Below, one piece after another: positions 38,403 to 47,954 of a stretch of 64,000 bases of DNA. Source of the DNA: Patescibacteria group bacterium. GTDB taxonomy: Bacteria > Patescibacteriota > Microgenomatia > UBA1400 > PJMF01. The stretch's first letter is position 1. Every line of letters starts with the position of its first letter. The notes beneath the pieces were generated by a model, which was not told the DNA's origin, ran no database searches, and saw only the letters and a list, made by a program, of their open reading frames with translations. The DNA lies in the NCBI GenBank assembly GCA_041747555.1, contig JBGTEY010000014.1, positions 20,919 through 84,918 of the forward strand, in the 5' to 3' direction. Position numbers and translations under genes: made by a program.

Positions 38403-38957
38403 TCAATGTACCATGTTCATCACGCCCTCAATTTTCCAGACCTCGTTATTTTTTTCCCACAGTAAAATATTCAAACTCTGCTGGTCAAAGTAGTGAAGGT
38501 GCAATCTCACGCCAGCGAGAGTATTTTCTTCTCCCGTGTTTGGATTTGGAGAGAAAGCTGCTGCTTCTAGTTCATAGTGATCAATTTCTGTCTCCAAATT
38601 TAGGAATGTTTGTAGTCCTTTTCGATCAATAACACCATTTGAAAAGTGACGTGCAACTGCGCCTTCAGAAAAAAATTCTGTTACATCAACATCCTGGTCA
38701 CCTTCTTCATTTATAATCAGTGTCAGGGCATCTGCAAACGCAGCTGATTTCTCAGCCAGCACAATCGTTTCTTCATCACGTTGCGCTGCACTTTCGACCA
38801 TTTCTTCGGTGAGCCAGGTACTATCAGTTGACTGGACTTCTTGAGAAGACGGTGGATACATTTTGCCGTCCGTATAAATGAGATATGCCCCGAGTGCAAA
38901 CCCAGCGACGACTACAGTAGCAACTGTCTGAATGCTAATTTTTCCAAATATTCTCAT
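38403..38957 (-). CDS. hypothetical membrane-anchored protein (184 aa)
   Basis: N-terminal TM helix; first gene of the putative Cu cluster. Confidence 0.4.
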   Translation of the reverse strand: MRIFGKISIQTVATVVVAGFALGAYLIYTDGKMYPPSSQEVQSTDSTWLTEEMVESAAQRDEETIVLAEKSAAFADALTLIINEEGDQDVDVTEFFSEGAVARHFSNGVIDRKGLQTFLNLETEIDHYELEAAAFSPNPNTGEENTLAGVRLHLHYFDQQSLNILLWEKNNEVWKIEGVMNMVH

Positions 38958-38973
38958 CGAGTCAATCTAGTAT

Positions 38974-39618
38974 TTATGACTTGTGTTTAGCTAGAGTGTA
39001 TCCGGACAAGGCTAGAGCAGCAACTACCCCCACCCAGAGCAAAGACTGGCTTCCTTCTTCATCCGCTATACCTTGATCGGTGTCATCTGATACATCGTCC
39101 ACGACTTCAGTAGAAGAGTATGGGTTTGGAGCATCATCACCTGCTTCTTCACCGTTGTGCTGTTCGTATTCATCGAGCATAGCGGGACTTGCATCCCAAG
39201 CTACGACCTCTCCATCCGCATACGTTTGGTATGCTTTCCAAACTAACTCACCTTCTTCAAGTGGAGCTTGAGCATTGAACATTAAAACGTCCATTTGATC
39301 TGCGGGAATTGAGCCGTTCGACCAAATGATTTCAGTGATTGTGTCTGATGCATCATCCCTGACAATTTCAATATCCCAACCTTCAGCAACATGGGGGCGT
39401 ACACTCTGAAGACCAGCGGGTATCTGGAGCGACACTTGCGTGGTTGGCACGTCTTTTTCTGTAGGGACGTTAATGACAAATGTTTCCCTGCTCGCAACTC
39501 CAACGGTTTTTGGTCTGACCACCACGTGCGCGTCGACATGGTGGGTGAAAAAAACTGATGCTGATAAGAGTGCGATGGGAATTACGAGAATTTTTTTAAA
39601 TTTCATATACCATTCCAT
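38974..39618 (-). CDS. YcnI-like (DUF1775) copper-binding protein with C-terminal TM anchor
   Basis: Signal peptide then N-terminal His: DA|HVVVRPKTV...INVPTE... matches the DUF1775 N-terminus 'HVtVtP....f.lRVPnE'. Confidence 0.55.
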   Translation of the reverse strand: MEWYMKFKKILVIPIALLSASVFFTHHVDAHVVVRPKTVGVASRETFVINVPTEKDVPTTQVSLQIPAGLQSVRPHVAEGWDIEIVRDDASDTITEIIWSNGSIPADQMDVLMFNAQAPLEEGELVWKAYQTYADGEVVAWDASPAMLDEYEQHNGEEAGDDAPNPYSSTEVVDDVSDDTDQGIADEEGSQSLLWVGVVAALALSGYTLAKHKS

Positions 39619-39669
39619 ATGTGTAAATACTTGCGTTAGTGTACCACGGGTGTCCCGACATTCACATGA

Positions 39670-40257
39670 TTAATTATTTATTTTTTGATTATTCATAACT
39701 ACAAACGGCAGTCCCACCATTACCACAACACCTATTAAGGATAGCAAAAACTGAGCTGCAGTTCTCTGGGATTCACCATCAGCTAAAAAAGACCTTTTTT
39801 GAGTACTTGCTTCATCTGGTACTTTCGTCATTGCGCCAGAATTTCTCGCCACACGAATTGAGTACTCTAACAAAAATGGTGAAAATGACTCACCAGAGGT
39901 TGGTGATCCTTCAACAATCAATTCGTAGACGCCAGTCTCTGGAAACGTGACCACTGCTGTGCCTCTTTGGACACTTCTAGCAACAGCGTCATCCTCAAGT
40001 TGAACGGTCGATATAGTCTCACCTGACCGCTTCAAAGACAGTGTGCAGTCACACTCCTGCAATCGCATTTTCTCAGCCGTGTCTTTGAAAGATAGAACTA
40101 GCGTTGTCGCTTCGCCTGCTGCTGGATCGTCTTGAGGTAAAATATGGAGCACCGCTCCCACAGTGCCTTCTGATTTGAGTACATGAGCTTGAGTTTGATG
40201 AGGAATGCTCAATCCAAATACGCAGACCACTGATAAAATTGCAATCAGTTTTTTCAT
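39670..40257 (-). CDS. CopC-like periplasmic copper-binding protein (N-terminal His after signal peptide) with C-terminal TM anchor
   Basis: QA|HVLKSEG... resembles the CopC 'HxxLxxSxP' start; beta-rich domain; C-terminal TM helix. Confidence 0.4.
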   Translation of the reverse strand: MKKLIAILSVVCVFGLSIPHQTQAHVLKSEGTVGAVLHILPQDDPAAGEATTLVLSFKDTAEKMRLQECDCTLSLKRSGETISTVQLEDDAVARSVQRGTAVVTFPETGVYELIVEGSPTSGESFSPFLLEYSIRVARNSGAMTKVPDEASTQKRSFLADGESQRTAAQFLLSLIGVVVMVGLPFVVMNNQKINN

Positions 40258-41018
40258 TAAACTAATCCCTCCTTAACCGCAACGCCATGCATCACTGCCA
40301 ACCAAATGAAAAATGCAAGAAATAATCCCGTCACCAGTGAGAAAAATATGCGCACTGGACCGTTGTATACCTGTTTTTCTCGAAGAAATATATCAAAACG
40401 ATTTGCCTCGAGTGAAATCAAAAATGCCAATGCCACATACATCCCACTCATAAACAAACCAAATCGATCTGCAAAATGCGATCCAAGCATCCACGCGTGC
40501 ATCAGCAAAAACACTCCTGCCACATACACTAATCTATGCAATAATTTCCATCTTCGATAGGTAAGCCGTGCCACTGCCGCATCAAAAGAAGTAATCGTCA
40601 TTAAAAATAAAATACAGAGCGCGCTAAAACTCAAAATAATTGCCAAACGATACGTATTGTCCAGAAATTGCACTCCAGCAAAACCACCCAACTGCCCAAA
40701 AAATGCAATTCCTCCATGGAGTGCACCATAGAAAAAAACTAATTGTCCTAGTGCTCTTCTGCCACGCTTGAGGAGTCCAGCACTTGGAAACTTGGGAAAT
40801 GCCAGTGTCAGCGGTGAAATCAGCAGGGTCAGGTACAACAAGCCAAATGCAAACAGCGCATACCCTTGTTGCAATTTAAAAATCACACCTGCTTGAGACG
40901 GTATAAAAAACTGCGCATACGCGAACAATCCTACAGCCACCAAAAAACCACCACTCAAAATCTTAGCGCGAATGGAATTCAGAACATTGTTGCTTTTGGG
41001 GGGCACTTCACCACTCAT
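40257..41018 (-). CDS. ferric-reductase-like transmembrane heme-b protein (MsrQ/YedZ-like)
   Basis: 6 TM helices; paired-His helices ...FFYGALHGG... and YRRWKLLHRLVYVAGVFLLMHAW resemble MsrQ 'RRW..LH...Y...LLH'. Confidence 0.5.
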   Translation of the reverse strand: MSGEVPPKSNNVLNSIRAKILSGGFLVAVGLFAYAQFFIPSQAGVIFKLQQGYALFAFGLLYLTLLISPLTLAFPKFPSAGLLKRGRRALGQLVFFYGALHGGIAFFGQLGGFAGVQFLDNTYRLAIILSFSALCILFLMTITSFDAAVARLTYRRWKLLHRLVYVAGVFLLMHAWMLGSHFADRFGLFMSGMYVALAFLISLEANRFDIFLREKQVYNGPVRIFFSLVTGLFLAFFIWLAVMHGVAVKEGLV

Positions 41019-41067
41019 ATCAGTGAAATTATACCCTGCAGATAAGCGTTCGGTAGGAAGAAATCAA

Positions 41068-41337
41068 TTACTTGCTCAAACCCAAGCTATCAATCAGCTT
41101 GCGGTATCGCTCTTCGCTGCGCTCAAGTAAGAAATTGAGCAAACGACGTCTCTTAGCAACTTGCTTGAGGAGACCTCGGCGAGAGTGATTGTCTTTTTTG
41201 TGTGATGAAAGATGCTCGGTGAGCTCTTGAACAGATGCAGTGAGAAGTGCAATTTGCACTTCTGGTGAACCTGTGTCACCTTCGAACAACTGGTAATCAG
41301 TGATGATCTGTTGTTTTTGTTTTTTTGTTAGAGCCAT
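41068..41337 (-). CDS. rpsO: 30S ribosomal protein S15
   Basis: 89 aa; the [14 protein letters not shown] ... [15 protein letters not shown] segments are collinear with S15. Confidence 0.9.
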   Translation of the reverse strand: MALTKKQKQQIITDYQLFEGDTGSPEVQIALLTASVQELTEHLSSHKKDNHSRRGLLKQVAKRRRLLNFLLERSEERYRKLIDSLGLSK

Positions 41338-41452
41338 GGTATTCCTTTCGTGTTTCCCGTTCTGGCTCAGCGTTTGCCGATACAGACAGTGACCATGTAT
41401 GTTTTACTATCTACTATTATATCATGTTTTGAGGAGTTCAGCTATGTGTCGC

Positions 41453-42925
41453 TTAATCTTCATCCTGAATTTTATATGCGATCAAAATATCGCCAACCTG
41501 AAAATCAAGTTTCTTATTCTTAAACGTCATGCCAAATTCACTCTTGGCTGTTACTTGGGTGATTTCTTCCTTGCCATGCATCATTGATTTGATGACTGGG
41601 TTTGCAATTATTTCGTCTTCACGCTTGAGGTGGAGGAGGTCATTTTTCTTAAATTCGCCGGTTTTGACCTTGCTACCCGCGATCAATTGACCCTTCATCT
41701 CGAAAATCTGCAATATTTCAGCTTCACCGGTCACGACTTCATCAATGGTGGGCTCGATGAGTTTAAGCATTTGTTTTTGCAGTTGCTCGATGAGTTCGTA
41801 AATAATGTTGTAGGATTTGATCCTGACACCGGCTTTTTTGGCTAATCGGACGATTTGCTTGGGAACTTTAGTATGAAATGAAATAATTGTTGCGCCACTT
41901 GCTTCTGCGAGCTCAAGGTCGCGCTCGGTTACTTGACCAAGGCCTGAGCTGAGTAATTCAGTGCTGTCATCATCTAAATTCTGCAAAATTGCCTCGAGTG
42001 TGCCTTCTGTGTCTGCTTTGATGATTAACGGTAATTTTGGCTTGTCTTCGAGCATGGCTGCGAAGTCGAGGCCTTCGAATTCTGCCTCTTCTGATTCTTC
42101 TGACGTCGCTTCTTCAACTACTTCAGCTTGAGCATATTCAGCATGCTGATCTCTGACAACCGACCCAACACTCGGCACATCATTAAATCCAATAATCTGC
42201 GCGGGATATCCTGGCTTCACGTCATGGAGCTGCTCACCAACTTCGTTTGAGAGTAATTTAATTCTGCCAGTCACTTCTTCTGAAATCACATCTTGTTTGA
42301 CGGATAACGTACCCTGTTGAACGATTACATTGGCTACTGTTCCTCGCTGCTTATCTTTGCTCGATTCAATCACGACTGCCTCAAGCGGTGCTGCGGGATC
42401 AGCCTTAAGTTCAAGTAACTCCGCCATGACTTGGATAGTTTCAAGTAGTTTGTCGACACCTTTGCCTGTTTTTGCAGAAATTTCAACAGTTTCGATATCA
42501 CCACCATAATCCGTAACAACAAGTTCATGCTCGGCGAGTTGGGATTTTGCGACTTCTGGATTGACGTCTGGGAGGTCAATTTTATTTATCGCAACCAAAA
42601 CCGGAACCTTGGCGCTTTTGATGTGTCTAATTGACTCAATCGTTTGTGGTTTTACACCGTCATTTGCGGCAACAACCAAGATTACTAAATCAGTAACTTG
42701 AGAGCCTCGCTCACGCATTCTATTGAATGCCGCATGACCTGGCGTATCAATAAAGGTAAGTGCTTTGCCTTTAAAATCAATGCTGTACGCACCGATATGT
42801 TGAGTGATACCACCCGCTTCTCCAGCTGCAACCCTCGCGTTTCTGATGTAATCCAAGAGCGTTGTCTTGCCGTGGTCGACATGGCCCATGATAGTGATTA
42901 CTGGTGGTCGCGCTTGTGATGCCAT
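41453..42925 (-). CDS. infB: translation initiation factor IF-2 (short form: G domain plus C-terminal domains, no N-terminal region)
   Basis: GHVDHGKTTLLD at residues 14-25, DTPGHAAF, NKID, C-terminal beta-barrels. Confidence 0.85.
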   Translation of the reverse strand: MASQARPPVITIMGHVDHGKTTLLDYIRNARVAAGEAGGITQHIGAYSIDFKGKALTFIDTPGHAAFNRMRERGSQVTDLVILVVAANDGVKPQTIESIRHIKSAKVPVLVAINKIDLPDVNPEVAKSQLAEHELVVTDYGGDIETVEISAKTGKGVDKLLETIQVMAELLELKADPAAPLEAVVIESSKDKQRGTVANVIVQQGTLSVKQDVISEEVTGRIKLLSNEVGEQLHDVKPGYPAQIIGFNDVPSVGSVVRDQHAEYAQAEVVEEATSEESEEAEFEGLDFAAMLEDKPKLPLIIKADTEGTLEAILQNLDDDSTELLSSGLGQVTERDLELAEASGATIISFHTKVPKQIVRLAKKAGVRIKSYNIIYELIEQLQKQMLKLIEPTIDEVVTGEAEILQIFEMKGQLIAGSKVKTGEFKKNDLLHLKREDEIIANPVIKSMMHGKEEITQVTAKSEFGMTFKNKKLDFQVGDILIAYKIQDED

Positions 42926-42928
42926 AGA

Positions 42929-44323
42929 TTATTCGGTGTCGGTCTTTGGTTCTTTTTCTGTTTCTACTTTTTCTTCTGAACTTTCTGCTGCAACTTCTTG
43001 TGAAGAGCCTTCAACTGCTGATTCTGAGAAATCTTCCATGTTGGCAAATGCTTCTGCTCTTGCCTGGAATGCAGCTTCGCGTTCTTCTTGCTCTTTCTCA
43101 AATTCACCGACTCTATCGATAAGGAGCTGCATCTGATCTTCTGGCAACTCAAACTCTTCCCATTTGTCTCTAAATCGAGCTAAATCTGCGAGTGTGGTGA
43201 GTTTGTGCTCAATTAATTGTTCTCGTGTCTCTTCTGCTAATCCTTTGAAAGTGTCGATTTCGTACTCTTCTTCACCAGTCGCATGAGATTGAACGGTGCC
43301 TGCGGCTGATTTGACCGTAATTTTGTAGCCAGTTAGTTTGGCTGCAAGTCGGGCATTTTGACCACCTCGACCAATTGCGAGCGAAAGTTGATCGTCAGGA
43401 GCGGTGACAACGACGGCTTTTTTATCTTCATCAATTTCAATCAATAAGTTTTCTGCAGGAGCGAGTGCACCCTGGAAAAGCACGGTTTTATTGTCGCTAA
43501 ATGGAATAATATCAATTTTCTCGTTGTTGAGCTCTCTAATGACTTCTTGGACACGAACACCACGTTGTCCAACACAAGAACCAACAGGATCGACACCTTC
43601 TTGGGTTGATCTAACAGCTAATTTGGTCCTGACACCTGCTTCTCGGGCAATAAGGGCAATGTCAACTGCACCTGATGCAACTTCGGGAACTTCCCGCTCA
43701 AATAATTTAGCTACAAGATTTTTATCTGCTCGACTGACAATAATCGCGCGACCTTTGTAGGTCTCCCGAATGTCTTTGATAAGCACTGTAATTCGAGTAT
43801 TTACTCGGTAAAATTCACCCCGCATCTGCTCCTCTGGAGGCATAATGCCGTGACCTCGACCGATATCCAGCACAACTGATCTGCCATTCATGCGCAAAAT
43901 TTGCGCACTGACGATTTCTCCGAGTTTTTCTGAGTAATCGGCAATGATTTTGTCTTTTTCTGATTCTCTGATTTTCTGCAAAATAACCTGCTTGGCTGTT
44001 TGCGCGGCAATTCGACCAAATCCTGGAGGCGTGACCTCAACAGCTTTTGACTCATCCCAGGCGAGAATTTCTTCTGTTTCTTCGTCTTGTTCGGTAATTG
44101 GGGCTTTGAAAATATGGGATTCGCCGGTACCGGTGTCTAGTTTAACAAAATAATAGGCTTCTTCTTCGAGTCCACCAAATTGTTTTCGGTACGCTGAAAT
44201 AAGTGCCTGACGAATAGCTTCGTAGATAGATTCTGGCTCAATTTTGCGCTCGTTTGCAATTTGATTAATTGCTGCCGCAAATTCTGTTCGAATCATTTGT
44301 CCGGATGCGCCCTGCATTTGCAT
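42929..44323 (-). CDS. nusA: transcription termination/antitermination factor NusA with acidic C-terminal extension
   Basis: S1 and KH1/KH2 domains; acidic E-rich C-terminal tail. Confidence 0.85.
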   Translation of the reverse strand: MQMQGASGQMIRTEFAAAINQIANERKIEPESIYEAIRQALISAYRKQFGGLEEEAYYFVKLDTGTGESHIFKAPITEQDEETEEILAWDESKAVEVTPPGFGRIAAQTAKQVILQKIRESEKDKIIADYSEKLGEIVSAQILRMNGRSVVLDIGRGHGIMPPEEQMRGEFYRVNTRITVLIKDIRETYKGRAIIVSRADKNLVAKLFEREVPEVASGAVDIALIAREAGVRTKLAVRSTQEGVDPVGSCVGQRGVRVQEVIRELNNEKIDIIPFSDNKTVLFQGALAPAENLLIEIDEDKKAVVVTAPDDQLSLAIGRGGQNARLAAKLTGYKITVKSAAGTVQSHATGEEEYEIDTFKGLAEETREQLIEHKLTTLADLARFRDKWEEFELPEDQMQLLIDRVGEFEKEQEEREAAFQARAEAFANMEDFSESAVEGSSQEVAAESSEEKVETEKEPKTDTE

Positions 44324-44361
44324 AAGTTCCTTGTAACATTAGTAACATTATTTTTGTGATC

Positions 44362-44387
44362 AAAAAAGAGCTCAACGGTGGAGCTCT
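44362..44387 (-). terminator. rho-independent terminator between the dnaJ/small ORF and nusA
   Basis: AGAGCTC-7 nt-GAGCTCT stem followed by U5 on the minus strand. Confidence 0.55.
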
Positions 44388-44466
44388 TCTGTCACAAGCT
44401 GAGTACTATTATAGCAAAAAATTAGCCAGAGAGCAACCGAGCTGTACGCTTACTAAATTGCCTAGA

Positions 44467-44625
44467 CTACTTTTCTTCTTTAGCGACCGTAGGAAGAGGA
44501 GTAGATGCAATTTCTTCCCTTTGTTCTGGGCTTAATTTAGATATAGCTTTTGTGATTTCCGCAATCTGATCAACCGCTTCATCTACTAGCTGTTTATCCG
44601 AAGGTAATGGGTATTGTTTCTCCAT
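44467..44625 (-). CDS. possible small protein (52 aa) MEKQYPLPSDKQLVDEAVDQIAEITKAISKLSPEQREEIASTPLPTVAKEEK
   Basis: Uninterrupted ORF (below the 60-aa track cutoff) between dnaJ and the terminator, preceded by GGAG about 12 nt upstream. Confidence 0.3.
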   Translation of the reverse strand: MEKQYPLPSDKQLVDEAVDQIAEITKAISKLSPEQREEIASTPLPTVAKEEK

Positions 44626-44640
44626 AATTACTATTCTCCC

Positions 44641-45501
44641 CTACAACCCGGATTTTTGCAACTCACCCAGGATTGACTTTTGCTCTTTGGTGAGCGTTTC
44701 AGGTGTCTCGATTATCATTCTGACATACAAATCACCTCGTCCACCGCCGCGAAGCCGAGGGAAGCCTTCTTCCCTGAGTCGAACCATGGTGTGTGACTGG
44801 GTGCCGGGGCGGATTTTAAGTTTTAGTTTATCTTTCACCGTCTCTACTTCAGTTGTACCACCAAGTGCGGCGAGGGAAAAGGAGATTTTTTGATCAACAA
44901 ATAAATCATAGTTATCACGCTTAAACTTAGGATGCGTCTGAACATTAATCGTGACATCAAAATCATCAAATCTAATTCTGGTGCCATCATTTGCGCCTGC
45001 AGGGATTTTAATGGTATGTTTCTTATCTTCAATTTCAACTTCTTTTGAAACGCCCTCAAATGCTTCCATAAACGTAATCGTTATCGAGTACCGCTTCCTC
45101 CGCGCTGCTTGACCAAATCCGCCTCCAAAAAACTGCTCAAAAATATCAAATGGGTCATTGAAATCCATATTCTCAAATGGATTTTGCCCAGAACCTGAGT
45201 AGGTATAGGTAAATGGACCCTGTCGCGCACCACCAGCAAATGGATTGCCGCCCATTCCACTTGAAGGATCAAAAGCAGCGTGACCAAATTGGTCATATTT
45301 TTGACGTTTTTCTTTGTCAGAAAGAATCTGATATGCCGCGTTTATTTCTTTAAACTTGGTTTCTGCGTCTTCTTTGTCTTTGCCTTGATGTTTATCAGGG
45401 TGCCACTTGAGAGCAAGCTTGCGATATGCACTCTTAATATCAGCTTCAGATGCTGTTTTTGCAACACCAAGAATTTCGTAGTAGTCACGCTGTGTAGCCA
45501 T
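44641..45501 (-). CDS. dnaJ: DnaJ-family co-chaperone (type II: J domain plus G/F region plus C-terminal domain, no Zn-finger)
   Basis: J domain with HPD; G/F-rich linker; absence of CxxCxGxG repeats. Confidence 0.8.
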   Translation of the reverse strand: MATQRDYYEILGVAKTASEADIKSAYRKLALKWHPDKHQGKDKEDAETKFKEINAAYQILSDKEKRQKYDQFGHAAFDPSSGMGGNPFAGGARQGPFTYTYSGSGQNPFENMDFNDPFDIFEQFFGGGFGQAARRKRYSITITFMEAFEGVSKEVEIEDKKHTIKIPAGANDGTRIRFDDFDVTINVQTHPKFKRDNYDLFVDQKISFSLAALGGTTEVETVKDKLKLKIRPGTQSHTMVRLREEGFPRLRGGGRGDLYVRMIIETPETLTKEQKSILGELQKSGL

Positions 45502-45507
45502 ACTTGA

Positions 45508-47478
45508 TTATTCGTTGACTACTTCACCCTCTTCGGCAGATTTTTTGTCGTCTGCTTTTGAATCATTTTTGCCCTTGGCATCTTTAGCAGGATCAGCGTC
45601 CTCTCCCGATCCATCTGCATCAGCTTCTGGTTTTACCCCTGCTTCAGCTTCTTTTCGCATTACCTCGCCAATTTTTTGGGCAGAGGTGAGGGTTTCTTCA
45701 GAAGCTTTTTCGAGTTCTTCCTTGGTGGCGTCTTCACTTTTGACAAGTTCTTCGAGTTTTTTGACATTTTCTTCGATGACTTCTTTGTCTTTTTTCTCGA
45801 GTTTTTCGCCGTATTCCTTGAGTTGTTTTTCGAGTTCAAAAACGACACTCTGGGCTTGATTTCTAGCCTCGACGAGATCTTTTTTACGCTTGTCGTCCTC
45901 TGCGTGCTTTTCTGCGTCAGCTTTCATTTTTTCGACTTCTTCTTCTGACAAATTGGTTGAATTTTGAATCGTAATTTTTTGTTCTTTTCCAGAAGTCTTG
46001 TCTTTTGCGGTGACATTTAAAATACCGTTTGAGTCAATATCAAAGGTAACTTCAACCTGAGGAACTCCCCGAGGTGCGGGTGGAATGCCATCAAGAATGA
46101 ACCGGCCAAGCGATCGATTATCAGCTGCCATTTCCCGCTCACCCTGTAGCACATTAATTTCAACTTGGGTCTGATTATCGGCAGCAGTAGAAAATGTCTG
46201 AGATTTACTCGTTGGAATGGTCGTGTTGCGCTCAATCAAAGGAGTGCGCACGCCACCCAGGGTTTCAAGACCAAGAGTAAGAGGAGTTACGTCAAGTAAC
46301 ACAACGTCAGAAACATCCCCGCCAATAACTCCAGCCTGAATTGCGGCACCAATTGCAACCACTTCGTCTGGGTTGACACCCTTATGTGGCTCTTTACCAA
46401 AGAATTTTTTGACTTCTTCTTGAATCTTAGGCATTCGCGTCTGGCCACCGACCAAGATAATGTCTTGGATATCACTTGGTTTCATCTTGGCATCTTTGAG
46501 CGCTTGCTCGACTGGTTTGAAACTCTGTTTTACCAAATCACTCACGAGCTCTTCTAATTTAGAGCGGGTAAGTGTAAGTGTTAAATGCAATGGCTGACCA
46601 TCGTCACCTTGAGTAATAAATGGTTGATTGATCTCTGATGATTGTGCACTTGAGAGCTCAATTTTGGCTTTTTCTGCAGCGTCTTTAATTCTTTGGAGCG
46701 CTTGGGGATCTTTACTGAGATCTTTTCCTTGATCTTTTTTGAATTCTTCAATGATCCATTCAATAACTGCATTGTCAAAGTCATCACCGCCAAGGAATGT
46801 GTCGCCATTAGTAGATTTGACTTCAAAAACTCCGTCACCAATATCAAGAATTGAGATGTCAAAGGTACCGCCACCAAGGTCATAGACAGCAATGGTTCGA
46901 TTTCCTTTTTTATCAAGTCCGTATGCGAGTGCAGCAGCTGTTGGTTCGTTGACGATTCGCTCTACCGTAAGGCCGGCAATTTCGCCAGCTTGTTTGGTCG
47001 CTTGTCGTTGTGAATCATCAAAGTAGGCAGGTACGGTAATCACTGCTCGAGTAACTTCGGTACCGAGATAGCTTTCTGCGTCTGCTTTGGCTTTTCCGAG
47101 AATTTTTGCTGAAATTTCTTGTGGGGTGTATTCCTTTTCACCAATTTTGACGACTGCCATGCCATCTTTACCTTGGGCAACAGGGTAGGAAACGTGCTTT
47201 GTGGCTGCTTTGACAGCTTTATCATTGAGCTTTCTGCCCATAAAACGTTTAACTGAGTTGACTGTTTTTTCTGGATTGAGGACCATTTGACGCTTAGCTG
47301 TGTCGCCAACGAGAACATCGCCACCTTTAAATCCAACGATGGATGGATAGGTGTTTCGACCCTCTGTTGTAGGAACGATTTTTGGGGAGCCACCTTCCAT
47401 AACCGCAATTGCGGAGTTAGTGGTTCCTAGATCAATACCAATGATTTTGCCTGTTGCGTCTGCCATAGGTCCTTTCAC
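45508..47478 (-). CDS. dnaK: molecular chaperone DnaK (Hsp70) with long K/E-rich C-terminal tail
   Basis: [18 protein letters not shown] motifs; the likely true start is the internal ATG ([18 protein letters not shown]). Confidence 0.9.
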   Translation of the reverse strand: MKGPMADATGKIIGIDLGTTNSAIAVMEGGSPKIVPTTEGRNTYPSIVGFKGGDVLVGDTAKRQMVLNPEKTVNSVKRFMGRKLNDKAVKAATKHVSYPVAQGKDGMAVVKIGEKEYTPQEISAKILGKAKADAESYLGTEVTRAVITVPAYFDDSQRQATKQAGEIAGLTVERIVNEPTAAALAYGLDKKGNRTIAVYDLGGGTFDISILDIGDGVFEVKSTNGDTFLGGDDFDNAVIEWIIEEFKKDQGKDLSKDPQALQRIKDAAEKAKIELSSAQSSEINQPFITQGDDGQPLHLTLTLTRSKLEELVSDLVKQSFKPVEQALKDAKMKPSDIQDIILVGGQTRMPKIQEEVKKFFGKEPHKGVNPDEVVAIGAAIQAGVIGGDVSDVVLLDVTPLTLGLETLGGVRTPLIERNTTIPTSKSQTFSTAADNQTQVEINVLQGEREMAADNRSLGRFILDGIPPAPRGVPQVEVTFDIDSNGILNVTAKDKTSGKEQKITIQNSTNLSEEEVEKMKADAEKHAEDDKRKKDLVEARNQAQSVVFELEKQLKEYGEKLEKKDKEVIEENVKKLEELVKSEDATKEELEKASEETLTSAQKIGEVMRKEAEAGVKPEADADGSGEDADPAKDAKGKNDSKADDKKSAEEGEVVNE

Positions 47479-47561
47479 AATTTTGTAAGTATATATTTTG
47501 TATGTGTACGCGGGTAGCGTATCATATTTTAGCAGTCATTGCAAGTGATTGCTAATAGGTT

Positions 47562-47954
47562 TTATTTAATTTCTTGTGATATCTGATAGAGCCAATTCCA
47601 ACCATTTTTAGTTATTCCTTTTGAAGGTGTATTCTTTCGGATCAGCTGAAGCTCATTTGTAATGACGTCAAATACTTTTTCTGTATAGGCTTTCTCAAGT
47701 ATTGCATTGATCAGATTATGAATCGCTTCATAGACCTTGGGGTACTTATAAATTTTAGCACCACCAAGCTGAGATTGAAAAAATGACTCATTTAGTTGAC
47801 TTTCTCCAAACGGAGAATAATTCTTCAACGCATCAAGCAGCATGTCCTGCCGATATCGCATATATAACACATTCTTTTCAAGCTCTGCTTCAGTCATTTC
47901 TGCTGAAGTAGCTACACTAGCACCACCATCATGTATAATTTCTGCGGTCATCAC
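47562..47954 (-). CDS. hypothetical protein (130 aa) inserted between grpE and dnaK
   Basis: ORF whose start overlaps the grpE stop by 4 bp. Confidence 0.45.
   Translation of the reverse strand: MMTAEIIHDGGASVATSAEMTEAELEKNVLYMRYRQDMLLDALKNYSPFGESQLNESFFQSQLGGAKIYKYPKVYEAIHNLINAILEKAYTEKVFDVITNELQLIRKNTPSKGITKNGWNWLYQISQEIK

Noticed and set aside
45660-45948. Phe-rich plus-strand ORF and K/S-rich minus-strand ORF inside dnaK
   Set aside because: These are alternate-frame or antisense artefacts of the K/E-rich repeat tract encoding the DnaK C-terminal tail.
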